From: Octopus sinensis
Taxonomy: Eukaryota
Direction: 5' to 3'
Length of the DNA: 64,000 nt
NCBI RefSeq assembly: GCF_006345805.1
Contig: NC_042997.1
Coordinates: 14,880,001 to 14,944,000 of the forward strand
Of the stretch, positions 37,405 to 49,540 are shown in pieces. Made by a program: the position numbers and the translations under genes. The notes under the pieces were generated by a model that was given only the letters and a program-made list of their open reading frames with translations, searched no databases and had not been told where the DNA came from. How positions within the stretch are numbered: position 1 is the first letter of the stretch; the number at the start of each line of letters is the position of its first letter.

Positions 37405-37545
37405 AAATTTCACCTCACATCACACACTCTCGCTTCACATTACACAATCTTGCCTATGTCACACAATCTTGCCTTACATCACATAATCTAACCTCACATT
37501 ACACAATCACACCTTACATCACACAACCTTACCTTACATTGCACA
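37405..37545. repeat. Degenerate pentanucleotide (CACAT/CCTTA-like) repeat
   Basis: Direct reading. Confidence 0.7.
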
Positions 37546-37705
37546 TTTTCACATCTGTGTGTGTGTGTGCATGCATCTGTGTGTGTGCGCGCATGCATCT
37601 GTGTGTGTATGTGTGTATCAAGAATATCATTTAGCATTGTATTCTCTGCACATATGTCCTAAATATTTTTGAAGCTCTTGGAATCATCATTATTATTATT
37701 ATTAT

Positions 37706-38799
37706 TGGTTGCTGATGCACAGACATGTGCTCAGGCTATGGCATCTCAAGTGTTTCGTGGATGGTGAGCAGGTGTGGTCGCTGTTCATCAGCCTCTCCTT
37801 TCCACAGCTTGTCTCTTTAACCGAGCTGCAATCTTGGATAAAGCATAGACCAAGAAAGGGCACTTAACACCTTGAGTGCCGTCAAGCACTCACTGCCCTC
37901 CACCAGGCAGGCAATGCAATCAGTAGTAGTTCCACTCTAGCGTTGTATAGAGGGTTAGTGCAGGAAAAGTGCAACAACGTTCTCGGGGAAACTCTAGGTG
38001 TCGACAACGACCAGCTAAGCAATATGTTTGGTAGAACTTTCGGGCCTAAGCCCATGGATAACTTCCAAAAGTCCCTCGCCTGGCAGTGTTACCGAGGGGC
38101 GCTGCCTGTTCATGATAAACTCTACCAGCACGGAAGTGCCATCAGCCAGGCCTGCCCGAGGTGCACTCAGAGTGATGAAACCATTCTGCACGCACTCATC
38201 CAGTGCCCAAGTATTGCTGACTTGTGGGTTTATGTTGAACAGCTGCTGTCACATGTAGGATGGATCTGGCTATCAGCTGAATCCATAGTGGAGATTGCAC
38301 CGCCTGACCTCCTTTAACCAGGAGGGGAAAGCAATTTTCATTTGTCTGGTGGCTGTAGTGAAAGAGCTGGTATGGTAGACCTGTTTGGAAGGGCTAAAGT
38401 CAAACACTTTCCTCTTTGGCTGAGGCCTCATCAACTTTTCCAAGTTCCACTTGTAAAGGAAATTGAGAGTAGAGAGGGAAGTGTTATCTCGTAGCAAATT
38501 TGTTGAAAGGTGGGTGAATGTCGGAAGAATGGCCATTATGGACAGAGCAATTCTGAGACTATAACTATAAAAAAAGGTATAAAACGGAGAAAGGGCTCTG
38601 GCCCTGTTGACCAGGCACCCGTGGCTTTTATGGGTTTTCCCATGAGTAACCTTCAAAGCACCTCCCCCTATTGGGAGTTTTGTACTTGTTATCTAATGTT
38701 GACATGGACTTTTCTTTTTGCAAAACCCTTTGTTTTTATCACCTTGTATTTGTCATTACATGTTTTTGGTTTTATATTAGCCCTTGTGGCGTATAAACT

Positions 38800-38800
<1 letters not shown>
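37706..38800 (+). mobile_element. L1/Tx1-clade LINE 3' end (zf-RVT region plus 3' UTR)
   Basis: KSLAWQCYRGALPV...CPRC...ETILHALIQCP. Flanked by (ATT)n on both sides. Confidence 0.88.
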
Positions 38801-38960
<160 letters not shown>

Positions 38961-39978
38961 TTGGTGGTGGTGGTGAGCTAGCAAGATTGTTAATGCGCTG
39001 GAAAAAAATGCTTAGTGATTTTTTGTCTGCCTTTACTTTCTGAGTTCAAATGCCGCTAGGGTCAACTTTGCCTTTCATTTTTCTGGGATCGATAAAGTAA
39101 GTATCAGTTGAACACTAGTACTTATTTTATTGACCTCTTTGTCTTCTTTCATTATAGCCTCTGTCCGATGACTATACAGAAAGACAAGAGTGAAAGGACA
39201 TATGACAGACACTTTGCTTTTCAATCAATCCTTCATGAACTTCTTCAAATACCACTGAGAGAGGAATGTGAGATAGATAGGAAAGCTGCTGCTCTTCAGT
39301 GACATAACCTTGACCACCATCCTTGTAGCAAAATATTAAAAATATTGCTTTTTCATTTTCATGAACAATAGCCATTTCATTGGATGTATGAGGTCAGAGA
39401 GGTATCATTGTATTAATAAAAGTGTTACACAGTTATGAATTTTGGTTAAAAAAAATATGGACAAACATTAGAAAATTTTCCTTGTTTAAAAATTGTTCTT
39501 TATAATAATAATAATATAATAATGAAATTATTGTATACAGTGCTCAGGTGCACCACAACTTGTCAGAAAGTGCATATAAAGTACATGCAGTAATGTAGAA
39601 ATGTCTGGAAAGTGAACATGCTTGTGTGTGTATGGAGGGGAGAAAATCAGGTGTAGTGTTGGCGAATCTCAGGAAGCATGGAAGTTTTGAAGGATGCAGT
39701 GCTCCGACAACTAACAACTGATGCCAGCAGTTTGTTCTATGCTTCAGCAACTCATAGCGTGAAAAAATGTTTCCGAAAGTCATGGGAGCTGTACTGTTTT
39801 CTGACTTTGTAAACTTGCCCAGCAAGATGCGGAAGACTTCTTTAAAATAGATTCTTTCTGTCAAGCTAATTCTCTTCTCGAATCAAACATTAAGCTTTAT
39901 GTCGTTATTTATCATTTCTTTGTTAGTGTCTGTACTATATATTTTCCATCTTTGAAGATATATATTCTTATCTTCCAG

Positions 39979-40055
39979 TTCTTCACAAGTTTGGATTTTT
40001 AATTGGAATTTGGAGAGCTGTGATGTCTCCTTATGGAAGCCTGATTAAATTTGAG
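39979..40055 (+). CDS. FBXO31: FBXO31-like exon 3
   Basis: Acceptor ttcttatcttccag, donor GAG|gtaaat. (V)LHKFGFLIGIWRAVMSPYGSLIKFE resembles human [26 protein letters not shown]. Confidence 0.92.
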
Positions 40056-40106
40056 GTAAATGAAAAAAAATATGAGTAACATTTTTACTGGTTAACATTT
40101 TATTCT

Positions 40107-40335
40107 TTAACCCTTTTGTTACCAACCCGGCTAAAACCGGCTCTGGCTCCATAGTGCAAATGTCTTTTTCCATAAGATTTGAATTAAAATCTTCTATCAA
40201 ACCTTAGTCACAATTTATGTTCCTAACACTAGCTTAATGATGACTAAATTATTTTACTAAATTCTTTGTTATATTTAAAATTAATTGAAAGAAACACAGA
40301 GCATCTCAACAGAAATACAGTAACAAAAGGGTTAA
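40107..40335. mobile_element. piggyBac-type MITE family 2
   Basis: TTAA-CCCTTTTGTTAC...GTAACAAAAGGG-TTAA. Confidence 0.85.
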
Positions 40336-41833
40336 TCACCTCAAATGAAAACATTATTCATTTGTATCAGTTATTTTGCATAAATCCTAAGAGGGCTTTG
40401 AGTGAGCAGACTTGTAAGACAGGTCTCCTATAAAAGATATATATTGGTAAACTTTGCTTTAGTATAGAACTATGTTGCTTGGAGAAACTACTGTATAGTC
40501 AATCAATATGACATCAGTGATTTTCTAGGCTTTATTTTACATTTAGGTTAAAATTACTATATTAAATCCAAAAAGGTCAAGCTAGTCTAGCTGTAAATTG
40601 TTCAAATGGGCCAAAACAACTTAAACGGTTTAAATTATTATTCATCATGATTTTATTTTTGTGATAGTCTGTGAGAACCTAAGAGAGTACTTATTTGTCT
40701 TTTCATAAACAGCTCACTAAAAAAGTTTGTGATTTTACACTTAATAAATTAATTGTACCTGTCACACAAATAAAGTGAGAGAATTGCAATAGTTTATTTA
40801 TCATGTTCAACTTTAGTAAAACTCAGTGAGTCATTCTAAAGAAGAACATACGTTATCCATAACAATATCCATAGATATTCAAAGTAGACTCGTGTGCTCA
40901 ATATAAATAAAACAGCATCAATTTTGTGAATATATTTATTAGAGGCAAATCATAATTCAGGCTTAAGAAAGGTGCAAATACATTCAATGACGATGAGATA
41001 ACAAGGAAACCTCCACATGGTTGTTTGACTTGTTAGAAATAGCAACCAGATATTCCTTAAATTTACACTCAACTGTCTTAAAAAAGAAGGGCACCTTGAA
41101 TAATGTAGTTTTAGATATACTAGAGCTGAAGAGAGACAGTCATTGTTGGAATTTGGCATATCAGTTCCTGTCAAACCATCTAACCCATGCCAGTACGGAA
41201 AGTGAACGTTAAATGATAATGATGCCATCCACATAAAATACAATAACTGAATGAATAATGACATATTTAATTCAATACACACCTCACTATATGAGTAATT
41301 CAAATTTTAATTATAATTTCAGAGTTGTCACCCCTTCTACTGTAATCAGATTAGTCATTGAACTTCTGCTATTCTTTCCTTGCTGCAAAAGTAATTTTTA
41401 TTATTTGCAAACTTATACTCTCTGCATTAATTATATTAGCACTCACTCAACTATTGTGTTTCATACAGATGGTGTCCCTTGGTAATTTCTTTTAGCTATT
41501 AAGTTGAGTTGTCACACGAACTCATATATATTTCTAATATATCTCTGTAGCTACACTTCATCTGGTATGCACTTTAAAAGACTATGCTTCACTAAGGAAG
41601 CTTAATAAGACTGAAACATACCCTGAGTTACCACCATGATCAGATTTAAATTAATATTAGTCCTCAAGCTAATGTTTCTAGCTTCTCATGTGCATGTGTA
41701 ATTCAAACTTTAATAAATCAAAATTTCAGAGTTGTCACTCCTTGTGTTGACCAAATTTGATTATGATCCATCATGAAGCCTATTTTGGGTCTCCTCAAGA
41801 TGTTTTTGCATAATTTTGTATATATATATATAA

Positions 41834-42020
41834 ATTAAAGGAAGAGGAAAACAAAACCAAGGCAGGACAAGCTTACCAAATCATTTAAATTATTTTAATG
41901 ATGAATCAAATTAAGCAAAAGTAAATTATTTACTTTTACTTACTTTGATTCACCATTAAAATAATTTTAATGATCTGATAAGCTTGTCCTTCCTTTGTTT
42001 TATTTTCCTCTTCCTTTAAT
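41834..42020. repeat. Near-perfect 187-bp palindrome (MITE or foldback)
   Basis: About 93-bp arms with 9 substitutions by manual alignment, almost no loop, next to (TA)n. Confidence 0.9.
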
Positions 42021-42316
42021 ATGTACCCACTGACTTGGAAGTTGGCTACAGATCCCCAACTCCAGCCCCTGTTGTCAACTTGTATCCTAGTAGCTTATCA
42101 ACTGGAGCACTCAGAGAGCATGCCTATTAGTTTAGATCACCAGTGACCTAAACCCTTCTTATTTTGTATATGTATATAGCGGTTCGGCAAAAGAGACCGA
42201 TAGAATAAGTACTGGGCTTACAAAGAATAAGTCCCGGGGTCGATTTGCTCGACTAAAGGTGGTGCTTCAGCATGGCCACAGTCAAAATGACTGAAACAAG
42301 TAAAAGAGTATATATA

Positions 42317-42348
<32 letters not shown>

Positions 42349-42430
42349 CTGTGTTTATGTATATACTTGCTCACTACATTTGTTAATAATCACTCAACCT
42401 TACTCAGCTTGTTATCTCATATTATTTTAG

Positions 42431-42607
42431 CCTAAAGATGGTAAGGTTCTTGGACTAGAACTCTCAGCACCCTGTCCACCAAATATCAATTCACCATTAC
42501 GCAGAAAATTACTTTTTTCAATTGAAGTAGAAGACTCTGAAGTGAAGACCCTGTGCCATATGGGACCAAACAATATTCCTCATCAGTGCAACATATTTGC
42601 TGTTGAA
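42431..42607 (+). CDS. FBXO31: FBXO31-like exon 4
   Basis: Acceptor attattttag, donor GAA|gtgagt, 177 nt, phase 0/0. PKDGKVLGLELSAPCPPNINSPLRRKLLFSIEVEDSEVKTLCHMGPNNIPHQCNIFAVE. Confidence 0.9.
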
Positions 42608-43016
42608 GTGAGTACTCATCAAAGAATAAATGATTATTACAACAGATGTTCATCATCATTATCATCCCAATTTTATATCATTTTCCTTTCCACGCTTGCG
42701 TGCATCTCATCCTCTTCTGTCACGGTTATTTGTCATCTGGTATACACACACACAGCAACAGAAAATTATCAAAATGTATTGCTAAGTATGACTTTAAATG
42801 CCACCAGCATGAGGGCCAGTCAGGTGATACTGGCATTGACCATACTTGAATGGTACTTTTTACATGCCAATATATGCACACACACACACACACGCACGCA
42901 CACAGACACACACACACAGATATATATATATAAATTTAATAAGGGTAGAAATTGATATTAATCAATTAAAACCAGTGGCCTAGCATATTAAAAAAATCCA
43001 AAGATTAAAATATTTT

Positions 43017-43174
43017 TACATACAAAATTTAAAGGACTGACCACTAAAAGTGGACGGTCAACATGCTAGATATAGATGTTAAAATAGCTATTTTCCACGA
43101 AGAAAATAGCGATTTTGACGTCTACATCTAGCATGTTGACCGTCCACTTTTAGTGGTCAGTCCTTTAAATTTTG

Positions 43175-43180
<6 letters not shown>
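43017..43180. repeat. 164-bp inverted repeat
   Basis: About 78-bp arms (tacatacaaaatttaaaggactgaccactaaaagtggacgg...) with an 8-nt loop, followed by (TA)n. Confidence 0.9.
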
Positions 43181-43210
<30 letters not shown>

Positions 43211-44570
43211 AACACACACATATATTAATGTACAATAATCTAGCAGTTTAACCTTTTAACATTTAAACGAGCCATATCCAGCCCAAATGGTCTACCTGTT
43301 TTATATTCAAACTGGCCAGATCCAGTCTTTCCAACCTACCCTACAATGTCATTCTAAAATTAAATGATTACATCTTCAAACTCTTGAAGCTACAAGATAA
43401 TATGATTAATTTTTTAAAATATGTATACATAAACATTACATTTGATAAATAAATCTGAATGCTAAAGGGTTAAAATCTCCACTTACCATTATAGAAAATA
43501 TGAAATTACTTCGTATACAAAAAATACAAACTGGGACAAGAATGCAAAACATTTAGAAGACGATACAAAAAACACGGACGGGACATTCGAAGCCTTCAAT
43601 CTTCAGTCAAGAACCGGATCATCCTCGCAATTTCAGCTGATTAATCTTGAGATTGCTCTGATCTGGCCAGCCCCAAAGGAAAATCTAAGCCAAGCACAAT
43701 GTAAGTATATATATATATATATATATATATATAGGCATGGCTATGTGATAGAAAGTTTGTTTCCCAGTCACATGGCACCTTGGGCAAGTGCCTTCTACTA
43801 TAACCTCAGTCTGACCAAAGTCTTGTAAGTGGATTTGGCTGAGACAAAGAGAAAGAAGGCGGTAAGCTGGCAAAAGCGTTAGCACGCTGGGTGAAATGCT
43901 TAGTGGTATTTCGTCTGCCGCTACATTCTGAGTTCAAATTCCACCGAGGTCGACTTTACCTTTCATCCTTTTGGGGTCGATCAAATAAGTACCAGTTACA
44001 CACTGGGGTCAATATAATCAACTTAATCCGTTTGTCTGTCCTTATTTGTCCCCTCTGTGTGTAGCCCCTTGTGGGCAGTAAAGAAATAAGAAAGCAAAAG
44101 AAGCTTATTTTTTGCATGTTTGTGTGTACGTGTATGCACACTTGTTTGTCTCCCACCTCTGCTTGACGACTGGTGTTCATGTGTTTACATCCCCATAACT
44201 TAGCAATTCGATAAAAGGGAGTGATAGAATAAGTACCAGGCTTATAAAAATAATAGGTAAGAACTGGGGCTGATTCAATACAAAATAAAATCATCAGTAA
44301 TTATACTGCATTCTTATTACTAAATGGCAGAGACTGTAGTGCTAGACTAAAGATAATAAATTTAGTTTCATTTCTTAATTCGTATCTCATCAGTATTAAC
44401 TCCACCTTTTACCCCTTGTGTGGCAATGAGACAAAACACCTATCATCTTCTAGTATAATTCAGTTTACTGTATTTTCCCTCCTTTGTAAAAATGTGCTTA
44501 TTAACTGAAAACAAAATCTATTCGCTAAGGCTTGCATTTCTTTGAAAATATAATTTTATGTTTATTTCAG

Positions 44571-44642
44571 GGAGATAAGTCTCTGGTGAAATTTGAATGC
44601 TGTGTGGAAGCAGCTCACCGTAATCCTGGTGGCATGAGACGG
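44571..44642 (+). CDS. FBXO31: FBXO31-like exon 5
   Basis: Acceptor tttatttcag, donor CGG|gtaaat, 72 nt. GDKSLVKFECCVEAAHRNPGGMRR resembles human [23 protein letters not shown]. Confidence 0.9.
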
Positions 44643-44741
44643 GTAAATCATCTTTCTTACTATTGTCTTTACTTTGGCATAACATGGCTTGACAAATGGT
44701 ATACATTGTTAAAAACATTGTTTTCCTGGTCTTGTATTAAT

Positions 44742-45134
44742 TCTATATATATAAAAGAAAGGTTGTGTGTCTGTCTACTCCGATTTAGATTCCTAACTAC
44801 TCCCACATTTTGCGGTGCAGTTTAACCAAAACCGGGTATCTTATAGTCGTGATTCATATCAAGCCCTTCTGGGTATTAGCGCGCGTCTATGATGAGTCTA
44901 CGATTTAAAAAATAATTTACCATCATTTTTTCCATTTTAATGCATATTTTTTTAATATAAGGGAAGTAACTCTGTAAAAATGTCTACGATGAGTCAACGA
45001 TTTAAAAAAAAATTTACCATAATTCTTTTTTCCATTTTTAATGCATTTTTTGCTATCTTTTGGCTATAACTCTCTAAAAATGCTTTATAGTTATTTCCCT
45101 TACAAACCCAAGCAACGCCGGGCGATACTGCTAG
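44742..45134 (+). mobile_element. Non-autonomous Helitron family 1
   Basis: Starts tctatatatataaaag and ends gcaacgccgggcgatactgctag|t. Confidence 0.88.
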
Positions 45135-45575
45135 TTCTATATAAAAGACAGCGACAACATAACCAAAGAGCTCATTCTTTTTAAAATAAGTATTGATGCT
45201 AGTATTCAATATGTGCATGAATGCATTTTCTTTGCTTTCTTTGACCAGTCTCTTTGGAGGCATGGGTTCAAATCCCACAGCTGCCAATTAATTTTAATAG
45301 CAATACCCCAGCATGGCCACAGCCTCTGACTGATATCAATAAAAGGATATATTTCCTTGCAGGATATTCCTTTAACCCTCTAGTGTTTACACCGGCTATA
45401 TCCGGCCCGAATATTTTACTCATTTTATGCTCAAACTGACCAGAACCAGCATCTCACACCTACCCTGCAATGTCATTCTAAAAATAAACAATTACATCTT
45501 TCAAATCTTGAAGCTACAAGATAATACCAGATTAATTTTTTAAAAATGTAAATGAATAAGAATTACTTATGACAT

Positions 45576-45902
45576 GTGAGGGCGCGTGGCTTAGTGGTTA
45601 GGGCATTCGGCTCATGATCGTAAGGTTGTGAGTTCGATTCCCGGCGACGCGTTGTGTCCTTGAGCAAGACACTTTATTTCACGTTGCTCCAGTCCACTCA
45701 GCTGGCAAAAATGAGTTGTACTTGTATTTCAAAGGGTCAGCCTTGTCACTCTCTGTTTCACGCTGATTATCCCCGAGAACTACGTTAAGGGTACACGTGT
45801 CTGTGGAATGCTCAGCCATTTGCACGTTAATTTCACGAGCAAGCTGTTCCGTTGATCGTATCAGCTGGGACCCTCGTCGTCGTAACCGGCGGAGTCTTTT
45901 AA
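45576..45902 (+). mobile_element. tRNA-derived SINE, head B + tail 1
   Basis: Head ggcgcgtggcttagtggttaggg...ttgtgtccttgagcaagacactt joined to tail 1. 11-bp TSD acttatgacat at 45565-45575 and 45903-45913. Nested in a piggyBac-type MITE. Confidence 0.9.
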
Positions 45903-46031
45903 ACTTATGACATATTAATTTGAACGCTAAAGGGTTAAAGCTAACTTTCTTTTTAAACATTAAGTATAATTAGATTCTCTAAAATTAAGATTGAAGCTCT
46001 TTTCTTTTTTGTCTTTTTTTGTCTTTTCAAG

Positions 46032-46135
46032 GAATTCGAACAATTTCTGATGGATGAAAGCAGTGAAATTACAGAAATAATATTTACTGGTAAAATTGAA
46101 CTGCTGCAAAAGTTTTGGGTGTTAAAAAGATTTGA
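46032..46135 (+). CDS. FBXO31: FBXO31-like exon 6
   Basis: Long pyrimidine tract ending ttttcaag, donor GA|gtaaga, 104 nt, phase 0 to 2. EFEQFLMDESSEITEIIFTGKIELLQKFWVLKRF. Confidence 0.9.
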
Positions 46136-46199
46136 GTAAGAATATTTCGTTTCCTTTTTACATTGAGAAAAAACTGTTTCCATTTAGGCAGCATTAGTT

Positions 46200-46238
<39 letters not shown>

Positions 46239-47483
46239 TTTTACTTGTTTCAGTCATTTGACTGCGGCCATGCTGGAGCACCGCCTTTAATCGAGCAACT
46301 CGACCCCGGGACTTATTCTTTTGTAAGCCCAGTACTTATTCTATCGGTCTCTTTTGCCGAACCGCTAAGTAACGGGGACGTAAACACACCAGCATCGGTT
46401 GTCAAGCAATGCTAGGGGTGACAAACACAGACACACAAACATACACGCACGCACACACACACATATATATATATACATATATACGACGGGCTTCTTTCAG
46501 TTTCCGTCTACCAAATCCACTCACAAGGCATTGGTCGGCCCGGGGCTATAGCAGAAGACACTTGCCCAAGGTGCCACGCAGTGGGACTGAACCCGGAACC
46601 ATGTGGTTGGTAAGCAAGCTACTTACCACACAGCCACTCCTGCGCCTATATATATATATATATATATATATCATCATCATCATCATCATCGTTTAACGTC
46701 CGCTTTCCATGCTAGCATGGGTTGGACGGTTCAACTGGGGTCTGGCAAGCCCGAAGGCTGCACCAGGCCAGTCAGATCTGGCAGTGTTTCTACAGCTGGA
46801 TGCCCTTCCTAACGCCAACCACTCCGAGAGTGTAGTGGGTGATTTTATGTGCCACCGACACAGGTGCCAGACGGCCACGCTTGGATGGTGTTTTTTATGT
46901 GCCACCGACACAGGTGCCAGACGTGGCTGGCAGACGGCCACGCGCGGATGGTGTTTTCTTATGTGCCACCGACACAGGTGCCAGACGAGGCTGGCGAACG
47001 GCCATATATATATATATATGTAGTAATACTGTTTTTTATTTATTGATTAAGTTGGCAGAATCATTAGCATGCCAGAAAAAATGCTTACCAGCATTTCTTC
47101 CAACTTTACATTATGTGTTCACATGCCACCAGGATCAACTTTACCTTTCTTCCTTTCAGGTCAATAAATTAAATACCTGTTTGAGCACTGGAGTCAATGT
47201 AATCAATTTACCCCACCCCTTGAAATTGCTGGCATTGTGTCGAAATTTGAGACCAATGTTACATAAAAACTCAACTATCTGAATGTCTGTATGTGTGAGT
47301 ATACAATTACATATTGTATATTGTGGATTTGGTGGATGGAAACCGAAAGAAGTCTGTTGTATATACCTATATGTGCATGTGTGTGTGTCTTTGTCCCTCA
47401 CCACTGCGTGACAATTGGTATTGGTGTGTTTATGTCCCCATAACTTAGTGGTTCGACAAAAGAGACTGATACAATAAGTACTA

Positions 47484-48391
47484 GGCATTAAAAAAAGATT
47501 AAGTCCTGGGGTTGATTTGTTTGACTATAAAAACCCTTCAAGGCAGGACTCCAGCATGGCCATAGTCAAATGAGTGAAACAAGAAGAAGAAAAAGATAAA
47601 AAGATATATATCTAACTAGCAGTATCGCCCGGCGTTGCTCGGGTTTGTAAGGGAAATAACTATATAAGCAGTTTTAGAGAGTTATAGCCAAAAAATAGCA
47701 AAAAAATGCATTAAAAATGGAAAAAAAATGATGGTAAATTTTTTTTTAAATCGTTGACTCATCATAGACATTTTTATAGAGTTACTTCCCTTATATAATA
47801 GCGAAAAAATGCATTAAAATGGAAAAAAATGATGGTAAATTATTTTTTAAATCGTAGACTCATCGTAGACGTGCGCTAATACCCAGAAGGGCTCGATATG
47901 AATCACGACTATAAGATACCCGGTTTTGGTTAAACTGCACCGCAAAATGTGGGAGTAGTTAGGAATCTAAATCATAGGAGACAGACACACAACCTTACTT
48001 TTATATATAAAGATAACAGTTTGACTCAGCTCCACATGACTTACAAACTCATGTCCTACACACCCAGTCATGTGGGTGGGTGTATATATATATATATATA
48101 TATACTCACACAAGTGGGCAAACAAAAGTCAGTGGGACTCCATATAGTTGGTGGGAGTTACATATATTCAAAATTCTTAATAATAGTTTAACTCAGTTCA
48201 CTTTTGTGGGTGTGTAGGACATGAGTTTGTAAGTCATGTGGAGCTGAGTCAAACTGTTATTAGATATATATCTTTTTATCTTTTTCTTCTTCTTGTTTCA
48301 CTCATTTGACTATGGCCATGCTGGAGTCCTGCCTTGAAGGGTTTTTATAGTCAAACAAATCAACCCCAGGACTTATTCTTTTTTTAATGCC
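47484..48391. repeat. Local inverted duplication, one arm interrupted by a Helitron
   Basis: Left arm 47484-47616 plus 48014-48066; right arm 48207-48391; near-identical. Confidence 0.92.
47617..48013 (-). mobile_element. Non-autonomous Helitron family 1
   Basis: Same termini. The empty site ctgtta|ttagat is present in the inverted duplicate at about 48250-48270, showing no TSD. Confidence 0.93.
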
Positions 48392-48609
48392 AAGCGCAAT
48401 GTAAGTATATATATATATATATATATATACTTACATTGCGCTTGGGTTAGATTTTCCTTTGGGGCTGGCCAGATCAGAGCAATCTCAAGATTAATCAGCT
48501 GAAATTGCGAGGATGATCCGGTTCTTGACTGAAGATTGAAGGCTTCGAATGTCCCGTCCGAGTATCGTCTTCTAAATGTTTTGCGTTCTTGTCCCAGTTT
48601 GTATTTTTT

Positions 48610-48644
<35 letters not shown>

Positions 48645-48774
48645 TATATAGAGGGCATTATTACACATAAATGCCACATGCTAGGAGGGACTTTCAAAGT
48701 CATTACTACCAAAAATAAACGAATCGTACTGAATGCAGCTCTCGAAGCAAGACATTTAAAAACAGAATTTAGTA

Positions 48775-48842
<68 letters not shown>

Positions 48843-49374
48843 TTGGTTGAATTAGAAGTTAAAATAACCGTCTAAGGGATAGAAGTATTCATTGCATTAC
48901 TGGTATATTACCTATATTTAACCATGGGCATACATATGTAAACATTATTTTCATAAGTTATTGGTACAAATAAGGATAAACATGGGTTTGGAAATTACTG
49001 TTTTTAAATCTCTCAATTATTCTGTGCTGATAGAGGGAAATAACCCGGAAACCGCAATACACAGATATTGTTTTGAGCTGAGTTGGGGTGCTAGATTCCC
49101 TAGTTTAAAAATATAAGGACACGGATCCTGTGGTATAGCCAGCTGGAGACAATGTCTCCCAGGGCTAAATTACAGCAACATTCATCCTCAACCAGAACTG
49201 CCATGTTATGTTGACAAACAATTTTTAAACATGGGTTTATCAAGAATCAAAATTTAAAGAAAACAGAAAATGGAGAAGTACTGAATTAATAAATAATAAT
49301 TGATGTAACTCAATTGTTGTTAATCAGTACTTCTCCATTTTCTGTTTTCTTTATATATATATATATGTAGGGGG

Positions 49375-49540
49375 GGGGGAGAATTCATGAAAAAAACAAA
49401 AGACGAAGACAGGTGGTCTAGAAAACAAACAGATATATTAGTATAACGCTCGGGAATTGAAAAAGTCTTTAACGTTTCGAACCTATGCTCTTCCACAGAA
49501 AGAAACAAGGAGAAAAATAAGGACAGAAAAAAAATGTGTG
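49375..49540 (-). mobile_element. (TA)n-embedded repeat resembling a Penelope-like element terminus
   Basis: Second copy at about 51720-51885. Both carry a minimal hammerhead-like fold (see findings). Confidence 0.5.

Noticed and set aside
39158-39302. Exon-like segment LCPMTIQ...ILHELLQIPLREE with superficial similarity to the F-box end
   Set aside because: The true F-box exon is at 17029-17176, and exons 2 and 3 join in phase without this segment. Its entry phase is incompatible. It may be a decayed element.
48515-48560. Hammerhead-like ctgaaga...ttcgaa in the 43.5/48.5-kb repeat
   Set aside because: It lacks the GAAA core and a convincing stem I or stem III.
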